Below, piece after piece: positions 21,071-34,565 of a stretch of 64,000 nt of DNA. The notes under the pieces were generated by a model that worked only from the letters and a program-made list of their open reading frames with translations, was not told the DNA's origin and ran no database searches. The stretch lies in the NCBI GenBank assembly GCA_013265495.1, contig MU058584.1, forward strand, positions 4,966,508-5,030,507, given 5' to 3'. A program made the position numbers and the translations under genes. Positions within the stretch are counted from its first letter, which is position 1; each line of letters opens with the position of its first letter. The stretch comes from Vicugna vicugna (taxonomy: Eukaryota).

Positions 21071-24000
21071 GTGATGAACAAAGCAGACAAGAGACAAGAT
21101 ACTTGTTTTCATAGAGTTTTTTTTTTCTAGGCAGGGTAGTGGGAAGACCACACACACATACACACACAGCAATCAAAACGTGTCAAAAGATCATGAGTAC
21201 TATAAAAACAAATAAAGCCAGGTAAGAAGATAGGGATGATGTGGGGGAATAAGTAATGGTGTTCTACTTTAAATATGATGTGGTCAGGGATGTCTTCTTA
21301 GATAACATTCAGGAGACGTGAATAAAGTGAGTGTGGTTGTCACGACATCTCAAGAAAAAATATTACAGGCAGGGGGAAGGGTTAGTGCAAAGGCTCTGAG
21401 GCAGGGATATGATTGATGTGTCAAGGAAGAGCAAGTTCTGTGTGTTTGGAGCTGATGAATGAGAGAAGAATAATAGAAGGGGAGTCAGGGAGGTTACAGA
21501 GCAGAGCATGCAGCACCTTGTTGGCCATAGAAGGCCTGTGGATTTTATTCTGAGTAGAATGAGGAACCATTAGATATTTTTGAACGGAGCCCATGATGCA
21601 ATTTGTTTTTTACTTTATTTATTCTATATTATTCTTCTGTCAGTTGCATAACGAATAGATTCTAAAGGGTGGAAACAGAGATTTCAGTTAGGTTATTTAA
21701 ATAATCTAAGTAAGAAATAGTAGCTGAGTGGTCAGTAAGCTAAGTGGTGAAAAAATGGTCATATTTGGGATTTTTCCATGTTTTTAACAGCTTTGTTGAG
21801 GTATAATTTAAATCCATAAACGTCATCCATTTTAACTATATGTAATTAATATTTTTAGGAAATTTGTAGATTTGTGCAACCATCACTACAATTCAGTTTC
21901 AGAGCATTTCCATCACCTCCAAAAGATCCTTCATTGCCATTTGCATTTAATTCCTGCCCCCATCAGTTCCAGGCAACCACTAATATGCATTCTGTCTCCA
22001 TGGATCTGCTTTTCCTGGACATTTCATATAAATGAAATCATATAATATGTAGTCCTTTTCATCTTGCTTCTTTCACTTAGCATTCTGTTTTTGAGGTTCA
22101 TCTATGTTGTAGCATGAAACAGTGTTCTACACCTTTTTGAGGCTGAGTATTCCATTGCATAAATATACCACATTTTGTTTATTTATTCACTGATTGATGG
22201 GCATTTGGATGGTTTTACTTAGTAACTACTATGAATAATGCTGCTCTGAATATTCACATACAAGTCTTTGTGTGAACATATGTCTTCGTCATCTTTCTTG
22301 GGTAGATACCTAGGAGCGGAATTGCAGGATCCCATTTGTAAGTTTATATTTAACATGTTAAGAAAGTGAAAAACTGTGTTCCAAAGAGTTTTTATCATTT
22401 TATATTACCATTAAATGACATGTAGGTATTCAAGTTTCTTCACATCCTCACCAAAACTTTTCTTTTTGATTATAGCCATTCTAGTAGATACGACATAGTC
22501 TTGAGAATTTAATTTACAAGCCCCTAATGACAAATGATATTGAACATATTTTCATGCATTTATGGGCCATTTGCATATCTTCTCTGATGAATTATCTATT
22601 CAAATCATCTACTCACTTTTTAATTGGTTTGTTTTTTTCCTTGTTATTAAGTTATGAGTGCTTCACGTATTTGGGACACAAAACCTTTGTCACATTTATG
22701 CTTTTCAAATATTTTCTCCCAATCTATGGCTTGTCCTTTAATTTTCTTAATGTATTTTTTAAAGCATAGAAATTTTAAAATTTGATAAGGTCCAATTTAT
22801 TATTTTTTTATGAATTGTGCTTTTGGCTTCATATTTAAGAGCATTGCGTTCTTTTTCAAAATAAATCTAATAGTGTTTGGTGATGGATTGGATATTGGGT
22901 ATGAAAGAAAAGAAGAGTCAAAGATGACTGAATTTTTTGTTCTGAGCAATCAGAAAAAAGTAGAGTTTCTATTTATTGAGTGAATGAAGCCTGGGGAAGG
23001 AAAAAGAGTGGGAATCATGAATTGTTTTAACCATGTTGGATTTAAGATTCGTATTGGATAGCCAAGTGAAGATATAAAGTAAGCAGTAATTTAGAAGCTT
23101 AGAGTTCATCTGTTTGAGAGAGAAATTCAGGAGTTCTCCTCATAAGGATGGTATTTAAAGCCATGGCTTGTATGATGTTACTTACAGAGTAGATGTGCAG
23201 AGAAAAAAAGATCTCCAAGGACTGACACTTGGAACATTTGAAATAATAGAAGTCAAGGTGAAGGAGAGAAAACAGCATGGAGATTGAGGAGGGGCATCAA
23301 GCATGGCAGATGAACCAAGAAGTGGTGTTTTGGGGGACATGAAGAGACTGTGTCTTCTAAGAAATGGTGAGTGATTAGGTCAAAATGTGCAGTATGTGAG
23401 GGCAATATAACTGAGAATTGTTAATGGGTTTGGCAACATGGAGATGGCTGGTGCTCTTGACAAGAACAGTGTTGGTGGAGTAATGTGGACTCAAGTCTGA
23501 TTAGAATGGGTGAGAAAGAGAACGGAAGGAGAGAAAGTGGAGAGTGTGGTTAGGGACAACTGGTAACCATAATGAGGAGATTAACCATAATAACAGCAGA
23601 AAAAAGATATGGTGGTTGGAAGGAAATGTGGGGTCAAGGGAGGTTTGTCTTTATTTCTTTTTTCTCTCCTCTTTCATCCCTCTTCCTTCCTTTCTCTCTC
23701 TTTCTCCCTCTCTTTCTTAAGTATGGGAGACATTACAACAGAAAGAAGAAAAAATGATGCAGCAGAGAGGAGATAATTGCAGAAGTGGATGCCTGAGAAT
23801 TTGAGAACTCAGTTCCAGTGAACTACCTGTAGAAAGGAACATTGATGGTCAAGCCATGGTCAATGAAAAAAGAAACAGTTTATAAGGACTGTTGTAGGTG
23901 GATTGGTAGATTTGGTGAGAGAGTATGGGGAAGACTTCTGATTAGTCATTTTTTTCAAGGTCATTAGCTGACTGGGAAAAGAAAAGAGAAAGATACTGTT

Positions 24001-24735
24001 AGTTTAGGGAGAGACAAGAAAGCAGAAAGTTGACATCTTGGAGAGTAGAAGAGATACTGGACTAGAGAAATGCGGTGAGATTGAAAGAGGGCAAAAGGGA
24101 TTTTGGTGTATGTAAGGGTGATAGTAATGATGGATCATAGAGTATAAGCTTGGAAAAGAGGCAAGTGAGTACCTTGGGAAATGACAGCTGGTGGAGAGGT
24201 GGTAAAGTCAATATATTTGGGATCCTAGTGGAGCGGAGTAAAAGAAGTGTTGGAATCAGGACATTGGAATGAATGAGATACAAGGATAGGGTATGGGGTC
24301 AAGAAACCAACTTAATGGATGAGATGTCAGATTTTGGTGACGACAGTGTCTCACATACAGTTATGAGAGTAAGAGTCTCAAGGATGGCTGAGAATATGGG
24401 AGAAGAGCAGGCTAGTATTTAAAAAAATAGTCCACATGGATATGGAAATCAGCAAAAACTACCACATGAGTCACGACAGAGAGACCAGCCCTGGTGCAAA
24501 CATTTTCAAGTCGTGAAAGTTGGGATACTTTAATTCTGGGGAGAACTACAAAAAAGAGGATGTGCAGAGTATCTGGTAGTATTGTCTAGTGATCTTACCT
24601 TTGAAGTCTCTGTGTAGGGAAAACAGAGGTGAGGGAGAAACAGTGGTTTGGAAGCAGCAATAAAATGAGAAAGATGCCTAATCTGTCTTCAGACCAGCTG
24701 CATTTGAGGTGCAGAAGACAAAACAGCCCTCGTAT
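21071..24735 (-). mobile_element. Long L2 remnant interrupted by an L1
   Basis: Continuous purine-rich antisense L2 sequence on both sides of the L1 insert ('aaatggtcatatttggga' | 'tagtgtttggtgatggattggatattggg'). Confidence 0.75.
21781..22840 (-). mobile_element. L1MB-like 3' end inserted into L2
   Basis: 'ttttaacagctttgttgaggtataattta...gtgcaaccatcact...ggcaaccactaat...gcttctttcacttagcat...gggtagatacctaggagcggaattgc' is the antisense L1 3' UTR and ORF2 end. Confidence 0.9.
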
Positions 24736-25726
24736 GCCTGGTACAGAGCAGGTACTCCAAGAACGTTAGTTACTTCTTCATAGTCAGCAGAAGACGTTCC
24801 CCAAACTTTCACATCTTCCTTTTTAAAGTAATTGTTATTTGGCGTAGCTAGTGTCTGTAATGGCTTGGCATTTGTACCACTTTAAATTCACTTTTGAGGC
24901 ATATTAATGCTTTCATTTGCTTTGACCGGTCCTACATATTTCTTGGGACACAGTGAAAGACACACACACACACATCTTCAAGAATACTCAAAAAGCAACT
25001 GAAAATGTCATTGTCCCTCAAAGTTACCCATTCTGGAGGTAAGAAGATGGTTGAAGTTAGTTCTCCTTCTGTGGTTATAAACTTGTGTATTCTCTGTGTG
25101 AAGTTGTATAACTGTTTCAGAAATAAAAACCCATGAGTGAGGCTCCTTTTTCTTTATTCGCTGGTACACACGCGTCATCAGCTTTTTGGTTCTAATGTTG
25201 TCCCAGTGGCATGAATGCTGGCTGTCGACCTGCACCTGTTAATGCAGTACCCGAACCCCTTGCAAAGCTTCTTTTCTTCTACGTGTTTCTGAGACTCCCT
25301 AGGAGGTCTCTTACAACTGCAGTTAAAGTTCTCCTCCTCTTTTGCTGCAGCCTCTGGCCTGTAGAGCTACTCATCCAGTCTGTTGAGAGGTGTGGTCTGA
25401 GCTGAATCCCGTCTCCTCTGTTTGTCTCTATCACCTTATGGTGGTGCTGCAGGTAACTTACTAGGGTCCAGGATGCTCTTTGGCTGTAAGAATGAGCACG
25501 GGTACTCCTTCTACTTATGGGTAATTAGGAGTGAGGAGGGTCCCAGGAAAGGATTGCTTGGGCTCTGACGAGCTAAAAAAAAAAAGGGTAAACTTGCAGC
25601 TTGTTCAACAGCCCCTTTCCCCCTAGCCCTTATACGTGCCCTTCAGGATGCCTGAGTTAAGACAAGTTTCAAGCGCCAGTTCTCACAAAGCATGTGGGCC
25701 CTGTGTCTCCCTTCCTATTGAAATGT

Positions 25727-26510
25727 CAAATGCTGGAGAGTCTGTGGAGAAAGGGGAACCCTCCTACACTGCTGGTGGGAATGCAGTTTGGTGCAGCCAC
25801 TGTGGAAAACAGTATGGAGATTCCTCAAAAGACTAGGAATAGACTTACCATATGACCCAGGAATCCCACTCCTGGGCATATATCCAGAGGTAACCCTACC
25901 TCAAAATGACACCTGCACCCCAGTGTTCATAGCAGCACTATTTACAATAGCCAAGATATGGAAACAGCCTAAATGTCCATCAACAGATGACTGGATAAAG
26001 AAGCAGTGGTATATTTATACAATGGAATACTATTCAGCCATAAAAACCAACAACATAACGCCATTTGCAGCAACATGGATGCTCCTGGAGAATGTCATTC
26101 TAAGTGAAGTAAGTCAGAAAGAGAAAGAAAAATACCATATGAGATCGCTCATATGTGGAATCTAAAACAAAGATAAAAAAAAAAAAAAAAGAACATAAAT
26201 ACAAAACAGAAACAGACTCATAGACATAGAATACAAACTTGTGGTTGCCAAAGGTGTAGGGGGTAGGAGGGGACAGACTGGGATTCAAAATTTGTATATA
26301 CTGACAGGCATATGCAGAATAGATAAACAAGATTATACTGTACAGCACAGGGAAATATATACAAGGCCTTGTGGTAGCTCACAGTGAAAAAGAATGTGAC
26401 AATGAATACATGTGTGTTCACGTATAACTGAAAAATTGTGCTCTCCACTGGAATTTGACACAACATTGTAAAATGACTATAACTCAATAAAAAAATGTTA
26501 AAAAAAAAAA
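25727..26510 (+). mobile_element. Young 5'-truncated camelid L1
   Basis: ORF 25788-26165 ([37 protein letters not shown]) is the L1 ORF2 C-terminus, followed by 3' UTR and poly(A). Confidence 0.95.
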
Positions 26511-27515
26511 GAGTTTAGTCATCACAAAGAGCCCTTCTCCTTTTTTTTTTTTCCAATTTCAGACTCTGTCCCAGGTTCCTGCAATCGCATTGCAACTTGA
26601 CTTCAGAGACACCCTTCTCCCCCAAAACCTCAAACAAAAAAGTTCTTTAGCAATTTCTTCAGATACCTCAGTGCCAATGGTGAAGTCCCTATAGCTTTCC
26701 CATTTTTCTCTTAGCTTTTCCGACTTCACCCCTTTTCCAGGCTCCTTGGCATTTTCATGAACCCTGGAAGCAGGTACATGCTAAGAGGGAGAGATGCTGT
26801 CACCTCCATTAACGAGGTTCACTTGCAAATGTCCCATTGTGCCTCTGTTCCATCAGATCAGATGATAGATTTTGACCTAAGCACAAACCCATGATCAGAG
26901 AAAAAATTCATAATACTAGTAGAGGGACCTTTGCAGAGAATGGGTTGAACTCAGGGACAGTCCACTTTCTAGCACTGTTGATTCAGCTGGGCCAAACCCA
27001 ATTTATTCAGTCTGATATAAACTACAGGGTTTTTTTTTTCAATATTAGCTTCATTTATCATACTCATAGTCAGTTCTGTATATCCCAATACTCATCATTA
27101 TTAGAGTAAACGGTTTTAAAGTATTTCTTTCTCATGGTACTTACAAAGTCCATTTCCTCCCCAAAACATAAAAGGTAAAATTAGTGATAATAGTAGTAAA
27201 TCTAGAGAATACACAAAAGTCAAAAGGAGAAAACAGAAATCATCTATAATCTTACCATCTGTAGATTTCTTAGAGTTGTTACTTCTTCTATTTTATTTTC
27301 CCTCTGCCCTTACGATTTTTTTAAAAATTGGGACTATATATAATTTGGTTCCTTGCTCTAAGAATAGTAAATAGTAGAACCAGAGATTTCTTTAAGATCT
27401 TATTATTGATTAATTTGATTGAGGAAATAAACAAGATAAAATAAAGTGAAATTATAGTACAGCTAACACAAAGCATCCACTACTACTAATTTTTTAAAGT
27501 AATTTTGGAAGTCTC

Positions 27516-27601
27516 TTTTTTTTAATTGAAGTATAGTCAGTTACTCTGTGTCAATTTTGGTATACAGCATAATGTCCCAGTCAGGCATATGTGTGTGTGT
27601 G

Positions 27602-27649
<48 letters not shown>

Positions 27650-27800
27650 TTTTCATATTCTTTTTCATTAAAGGCATTACAAGATATTGAATATACTTCC
27701 CTGTGCTATACAGGAGAAATTTGGTATTTAATCTATTTTTATATATAGTGGTTATCATTTGCAAATCACAAACTCCCAAATTTATCCCTTCCCACTCCCT
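27516..27800 (-). mobile_element. L1 3' UTR fragment with internal (TG)n(TA)n microsatellite
   Basis: 'ttttttaattgaagtatagtcagttac...ttccctgtgctatacag...caaactcccaaatttatcccttcccac' is the reverse complement of a related L1 3' end. Confidence 0.85.
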
Positions 27801-29928
27801 TTTAGAGCCTGACCCTGAGTCCACAGCCTCATTTTTGGCCACAAGAAAAAGAAAAACAATAAAACAGAAAATGCAAGCTGACATTTTCAATTTTGTTCTG
27901 CCTCAATGTACTGGGAGCCCTTTGCCTTCACTTCCAGTGAGTAAGTGGCCGGTTGCTATGATTGGTAGGTTCCATTATGACCTCGAGATGCTGAGAAAAG
28001 GGACAAATCATAAGTGCCACTCAATAATTCCAATTTTAGAGAGATTTTTATCTCCACCCGGGAGATGTCTGAAAATGATCCAAGGGTGATTTGATCGAGG
28101 ATGGCCAACTCCTACTTCAAAAGAATTGAAAAAAGGGGATTTATGATGACACCGCCTGCCTATTTCCCAGCCCGACGTTCACAGTAAGTTTCTGAGGGCA
28201 GGCTGGTTCTGCTGCTATTTCATTGCACTGGAAGGTCCTTGCTTTCCTCAAGGCAGAATCACTTCATGTAGGAAATTAGTGAACCAAATTGATTTTGGCA
28301 AGGAAGACAGATGCCTAAAACTGATGTAGTAAAGAATACAATAATGTACACTTTCCTTAAAAAACAAAGAAAAAAATATATAATATATGATTATATACCC
28401 AAAGTCAACAGATTATACAAATAAAGACAATGTGCTTGCTGATTTCTGGAATGCATGTTGTCCCGCCATTCTTTTTCAATTTGTCTGCTCTAACACCTCC
28501 TCTTGTATGCTTACGATGGGGACAGAAATATCAAATTAAGCACGACAGGGAAAATTGTTCATCTAGTTCATGAGGAGCTGAGGCAAATGGTAAGTGAACC
28601 ATCTGACAGGTAAAGCTGGTTATTCTGCGGAGATTTACAGTTCAGTTTTGCAGCTCAAATTGGATTGAGTGAAGTTTGTAATGCATTTACGTTGGCAATA
28701 GGAAAGTGTCCAGATGCACGTAGCTCTGCCTGTGACTTGAAGTCCTTCATGCCACAGCTCCACCTTGCAGGCTGACCTCTGATGAGTCAGCTGCCCAGTA
28801 GGACTGATGACGTGCCCTGGAGACAAGTACACCCACCCCCCTCCCTTCCCAAGCCAGCTGCGTGCACAGTTGGTGAGTTTCTCATTTTCAAGATGGTCAC
28901 AGAGACAGAAATAGCAAGTACAATTTTCAGTCTACAAATGGAAGTGTGCAAGAACCCTAGCTTCGCTTTCCAAATCTCTACTCAATGTTAGTTTCTAGCC
29001 CTGTTTCGCTAGGACCGGGCAACGATCCACTTGGCGTCTCCTCTCCGCACTGCCGTTACCACCCTGCGGGTAAGCCCAGCTTCAGGAGATGTAAGACAAC
29101 GCACTGGGGCAAGGGTCCGCCCAGTCCTGGGCTCACACAGGCAGCCACTGTTCCATGCAGTCACCACTGAGACATCCCTCAGCTGTGCCCATGGGACTCT
29201 CTTCTGCTTCTGAGCTATGGAATTAGACTGCTGCTTCTGTGCCCCACTAGCAGTCCCACAATTTCTGCTAGGCACCCAAGCTCTGTCTTCACAGTCTGAT
29301 CCTACCTGGAAGAGCCGTCCTCCTGCTCATCTCAGTCCTTAAAACCTAGTTCATGCTCACTTCCTGCGAGAGCCCTCTCCGTGGGACGCCAAGGCTCATT
29401 CCATCTCTTTTCCCTTTAAACACCCTCTAGTGCTAATCCAGCACTTGCCATGCAGCGATTGTCTTGTTTAGCTTCTCACAAGTGTTTGCAGAACTTTTAA
29501 GGGACAGGCTCCATCACCTCTACCTTCAGATCTGCATTAATATGTCTTCCTCAAATAAATTAGTACACCATCTTGCAGCTAAGAAGTCCATAAGCTCATG
29601 GAGAAGGGTGAAGAGAGGAGGCACAGGTAATGGAGAGAAAATTCAGACACATGTTGCAGGTTATCAAGATTATGCACCGACAGATCAAAACCATGCTGTG
29701 TGTATGCTTTACCTTCTGCGGTGCACTGTAACCCAAAGGCAGCATCTCTGTGTTAACGATGTTTTATCTCTACCAGCCTACGGCCCAATTGATTGATTCA
29801 TCTCCTATATGCTGAACCAGTTCCAAGTACAATGAAGAAATAAAAGGAAAATTAGAAAGGAGATAAAAATTCCCACCCAAACAAGACTTCTTTTCAAGAT
29901 TTGATTAAGAAACAACATACACAGAAAT

Positions 29929-30530
29929 TGAAACTAAGCAGGACTCTGTGAGGCCTTCCCAGTGACAGACACTTCTCTTACCTCTCCACCCCTCTCCTGC
30001 CTCTTGTTTGTAGAAAAGCTTAAAAGCTTTTAGCCTTCTAGGCCTTCCCCAAGTTCTGAAGAACAAATTTAATCAGAGAAGTGAGAAAATGCGGAAACAA
30101 AGAAGAAACAATGAAGACAAGACAAAATAATAATAGTGCAGCCTTGAAACAAAGTCAAACAGCATTAGTTCCTCCTCAAAGGCCATAGATAATATTCTGA
30201 GCCATATCCTGGCGTCGTTTGGCAGATTCTAAAACCTTCACCAGATGGAAAACATTAACTGCATGCTGACCACAAGCACACAGGTCCCAGACCGGTTGGA
30301 ACCAGAAAGTTAATGATTTTGACTCCCCAAGTACCACCTGGTTACCTCACCACCATCCAATCAGAACGTCCATGAGCTGATCACGCTTCCCACGGCCCTG
30401 TCCCGCACACTGGCTTTAAAAACCCTCCCCTGAAAGTCATTGAGAAGTTCAGGTATTTTGAGCATAAGCTGCTCATTCTCCTTGCTTGCCCCCGTGTTGG
30501 GCAAGCAGACCCAGGCTTGGTTTGGTAACA
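29929..30530 (+). mobile_element. Solo LTR (ERV1 class), about 600 bp
   Basis: TG...CA termini (TGAAACTAAG...TTTGGTAACA), near-matching 4-bp flanks AAAT/AGAT, CCAAT at 30357 and TTTAAAAA at 30415. Confidence 0.8.
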
Positions 30531-33399
30531 AGATGATTAATTAGCCCAAATAACAAATTCCTCTGTCATCTCTTTATTAGTAACCCACAGCAAATTCAGT
30601 TCAGTTCAATTAGGGTTTGTTTCATTTCTACAAGTTGTTGCTGGTGACACAGAAGAAAATAAGGTGTGATTTTAGGGTTACATTTGAAATGACTGCTTGG
30701 AATTTCCAAGCAGGTGGGCTTAAAATAACAGCTATAGATAGAAACACAGATCTGTAAGAAGTGATTATTTTCTTATATAAAATACTTGTTTTTCAAAGAG
30801 GTGCCCTAGGTGTTCAACTTACTCCTGGTTGGAGAAAGAAAAAATATAGGATGTGATGGTTTTGGAGAGACTGGAAGCACTCAAACCAGGAATCTCATCA
30901 GAAAAAAAAAACCCATTATATTAGCTTCAGATGCGTTAATACAATGTTGTTGTCAATTATACTACTATTTAAAATAAACAAACAAAAATTTCAAAAACCA
31001 AAAACAAAACAGATGGTATTCCTCTTGGGTAGTTGACCAAGGACCAATTCTATGCAGATTTTTCTACACAGACCTTTAGTAAAATCCAGGAGTTGCTGAT
31101 ACTTGGATGGGTCTTGCACGGAGCACACATTAACATTATTATCTAAACTGAGACTTTTAAAAGGGAACAATATTATGATTAATTACTCTGTGACAACAGG
31201 AGACAGAAGCCTGGAGTGTGGGTACCCTAGTGTCACAAGACTGACTGTCAAAGTGAACAAGAAGAATTTAAGGGCAAAGTTAAACATAAAGAGACACCCC
31301 CCACCCCAGACCCCTGAAACCTCTTCTGAATGGAATATCAAACCACAGACGACCTGGAAGTAGATTCTCCTCCCACCTGCACTAAGAGTGAACCAGTTTA
31401 TTCCAGTTTGTGAGTAAGTCCACAAACTTTTCTGACTCCTCCAGAGTTCACCTCCTGCAAATTTCTTGAACTCGGGCGCTACTGTTTTCAGATATGGAAA
31501 TGTTTATTTGTCTTTGGGCTTGTGGGAAAAGAATTAAACAAAGACGGTGAATATTAGGTGTCAAGAAGATTATTATTTGGATGTGCTTGTGTGAGACATT
31601 GAATACTGAATGTATACTTCGTTAATTTCCCTCTAGGCTACTTTAATACCATTCATGTTTTTCTTTTCATAAAGTAGTAGATATATACCTATTGTAGAAA
31701 ATTTTTAAACTGTAAGAAAGATACACGGTAGAAAATCGAATCACCCATAAACCCCTCACTAGAGAAAAGGCGGCGTATTTCTGTTTGTGTTCAGATAGTT
31801 GAGATTATACAGTATAGGTCATTTTTTCCTTCCCTTTTCCACCTACTATCCAACCACTTTAATTTAATGGTTGTGCAATATCCAGTAAGGATGCTACCTA
31901 ATGTTTATGGATGCTAATACATACCTATAATTTTACCCAGGTGACTGTCCTATGAGGTAGGTAATTTTAACTAACCCATTTAATTAACCCATTTTGCAGA
32001 TGAAGAAATTGGCCAAATACGGGTTAGGGAACTTGTTCAAGGTTTCACCAGAACTAGGTGCTGAATCAGGTCTGAACCAGGTCTGAGTAATTACAGAGCT
32101 CAGCTGCTAAGCAGTAAGCTATGCTGAATCCATCAGATCTGGGTTACTAAACAAGAAAAACAGAAGTTCTTTCAGTATGAAGGGGCTTAATACAGGGCCC
32201 ATTCAACCTTGTATATGCCTCCCACTGGGAGAGAGCCACGGCTTGGACGTCTCTAGACCTACAGACACAAATGCAATGCATGCAGTGCAATGGCGCCAGT
32301 GCTGCTGAGCTCAGCTGCCAGCAGCACCTGAGAGCTGCTGGTGAAGGCCCACACCAGCCTTTGCTGATGCCCACACGTGCCCAGGGCTTCTGCCAGAAGC
32401 CATGGACCATCCTTTTCTTCTGCCTTGCAAACCTCAGAAAGTGCCACCTCTGGTGATTTCCAAACAGACACTTGGTGCCGAAAGAAATCCGTGAAACATC
32501 GTTCCCAGGCTTTCAGTACCTGTGGCACGAGGGGGAAGCTAGAAGGGCAGGGAAGACATTGAGATGCGTAGGTCACATGAGGCCCCTTGGTTACGAGACA
32601 TACCAGTCGTTACTTAATTTTCCCCATCATGGTACATTTCTGTTAATTCCCTGGCCTATGGCTACAAATATGATGGTAACTCAAATCTCACTGGCTTATG
32701 GCCCCACCTGCATATGCCTGAACTATGCACCCTCTTTCAGTTCTCTCTTTGAGCTCAAGCGAGCTCACAGATGGTCCTCCCTCCGCCTCCACTCGGGGTC
32801 CCTCGCTGTGCTTGTCCGCTGCACAGCCACTGGAGGGCAGCACCTCCCCACCGCCACGGCAGCTGGTGCCGCTCCAGGCTAGGTCTCCTCATCCTCCCAC
32901 GGCTGCAGACCCTCACGTTCCCACGGCGTGTCTCCAGTCCCACCGTGTTGAACCCAACCAAGGCTTTTCCCCGAGTGCCGATAGCCCAGCACTGAGTCCT
33001 CCACTCCTGTGTGAGTGCTAGATGGCGTTTTCAGGCCTCTCCACCTCATTTATGGAAACAGCTTCTTCAGCCTATGATGGGTGATCCTTTCTCCCTTGTG
33101 GATGGACTGAGCGGTGGGCCTGGGTTGGAGGCAGACACCCCACTGCCTGCTCCATCACCTCCTCCCCCATCTCTATCCCTCAGTGTCCCAGACAGAGTTC
33201 CCTTCCAGAAGTTCTTTCCTCGGTGAAAATCAACTCATGCAAAAGGACACCAGTTAACTGCCAATTCTGACATTTGACAATACATGGATTTATTTTCTGA
33301 ACCCTTATGTTCAGACACTTTCTCCATATCTAGTGCTAGCATGAAAGTTTTGGACATCACTCTTTGTCCACAGTCATTCCTTAAAAATGGAGTTACTGC

Positions 33400-33727
33400 T
33401 ATTGACCTGAAACAAATAGACTGACAGATACTTCTCCAGCAAAGATGAGTGTCTTTGGGATCAGCCGGGATTTGCAGTTCGGGGTCTGCAACCAGGGTGA
33501 GCCACGTGCAAATGCCCACACAGCCAGCGAGGTAGAACACTTTATAGAGGGGAGAAGGAAGTTGGGAGGGCTCTAGCAGTGCATGACTTTTCATTGGCAG
33601 AGTCCTTGCCAGGAAAGAAGAGGAGTCTTTCTTCTTCCTGTTGGCCTCTGCTATAGTCACAGGAGGTTAGAGCTCCCCCTTCTGGTCTCCCAACTCTATT
33701 AATGGAGGTCTCTATTAATTTTTCACA
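33400..33727 (-). mobile_element. Solo LTR (ERV1 class), about 330 bp, nested in an old L1 fragment
   Basis: On the - strand it reads TGTGAAAA...CAGGTCAATA; flanks CTGC/CTGT (3 of 4); TATA-like 'tttatag' on +; flanking DNA continues an antisense L1 ORF2 segment. Confidence 0.7.
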
Positions 33728-34191
33728 CTGTGTGAAAGATAATAAACATTTTTAAGGTGGTGATACAAATTGTTGGCAAATTGCTTCCAAAAAGTTTTAC
33801 CAATTTATACTTCTACCGGCCAATAACAGGGCCTTTACTTGAATCCTGGCTCACCACACATTCTACTGAATGATACATTATCTATCTACCTACCTACCTA
33901 CCTTATCTATTATCTATGTAGATATTTGTCCATAAGATGTGAAGTATGCAATATATTTATATCTATATATGCATGTCAATATCTATATCTATGAAATTTT
34001 CTTCATGTTGCTTTTTCCCCTCTTCTAAGTGAATCATGACCCAATCCTCTCTCTCACATACATCATGTAGACTCCCAAACACCAAACTTTCCAAAAAGGT
34101 GCGGAAAGTGACAGCTTCAACATATTTGTTTAGTCAATGGTAATTGTGACAATTCTAACTGTTGAATGACTGCAAGATATTGTTTCAGAGG

Positions 34192-34565
34192 TTGTAGGGA
34201 GTAGGTTAAGCTGTGAGTGTCTCAAAATCCAAAATGCAGGGATTTAAACTAGACAGATTTTTATCTTTTGCAGAACAACAAAATCAGGAGTTAAGCAGGC
34301 CAAGACTGGTATGAGATCCATTGAACCACATTCTGTCCATTTTCCATGCCCAAGTTTGCATCCTCATTCCACCCAGCAGGAAAGACAAAGGGGAAGAGGA
34401 GTCATGGTTCTTCTTTACGAAGTCACTTTGCAGAACTTGTACATACTGCATCCTTTTACGGCTCATTGCCCAGAAGGTAGTCATACAGTCAAGTTCAGTT
34501 CCAAGGGAGGGTGGGAAGTGCAGTCTTTTTTCCATGTGATCATCTTCCAACTGAAAATCAGAGCA
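34192..34565 (-). mobile_element. MaLR LTR (MLT1-like)
   Basis: 'gtaggttaagctgtgagt..caaaatccaaaatgcagggatttaaac...tcattgcccagaaggtagtcatacagtcaag..caagggagggtgggaagtgcagtc'. Confidence 0.7.

Noticed and set aside
25788..26165. 125-aa ORF as a host gene
   Set aside because: C-terminal fragment of L1 ORF2 from a 5'-truncated insertion.
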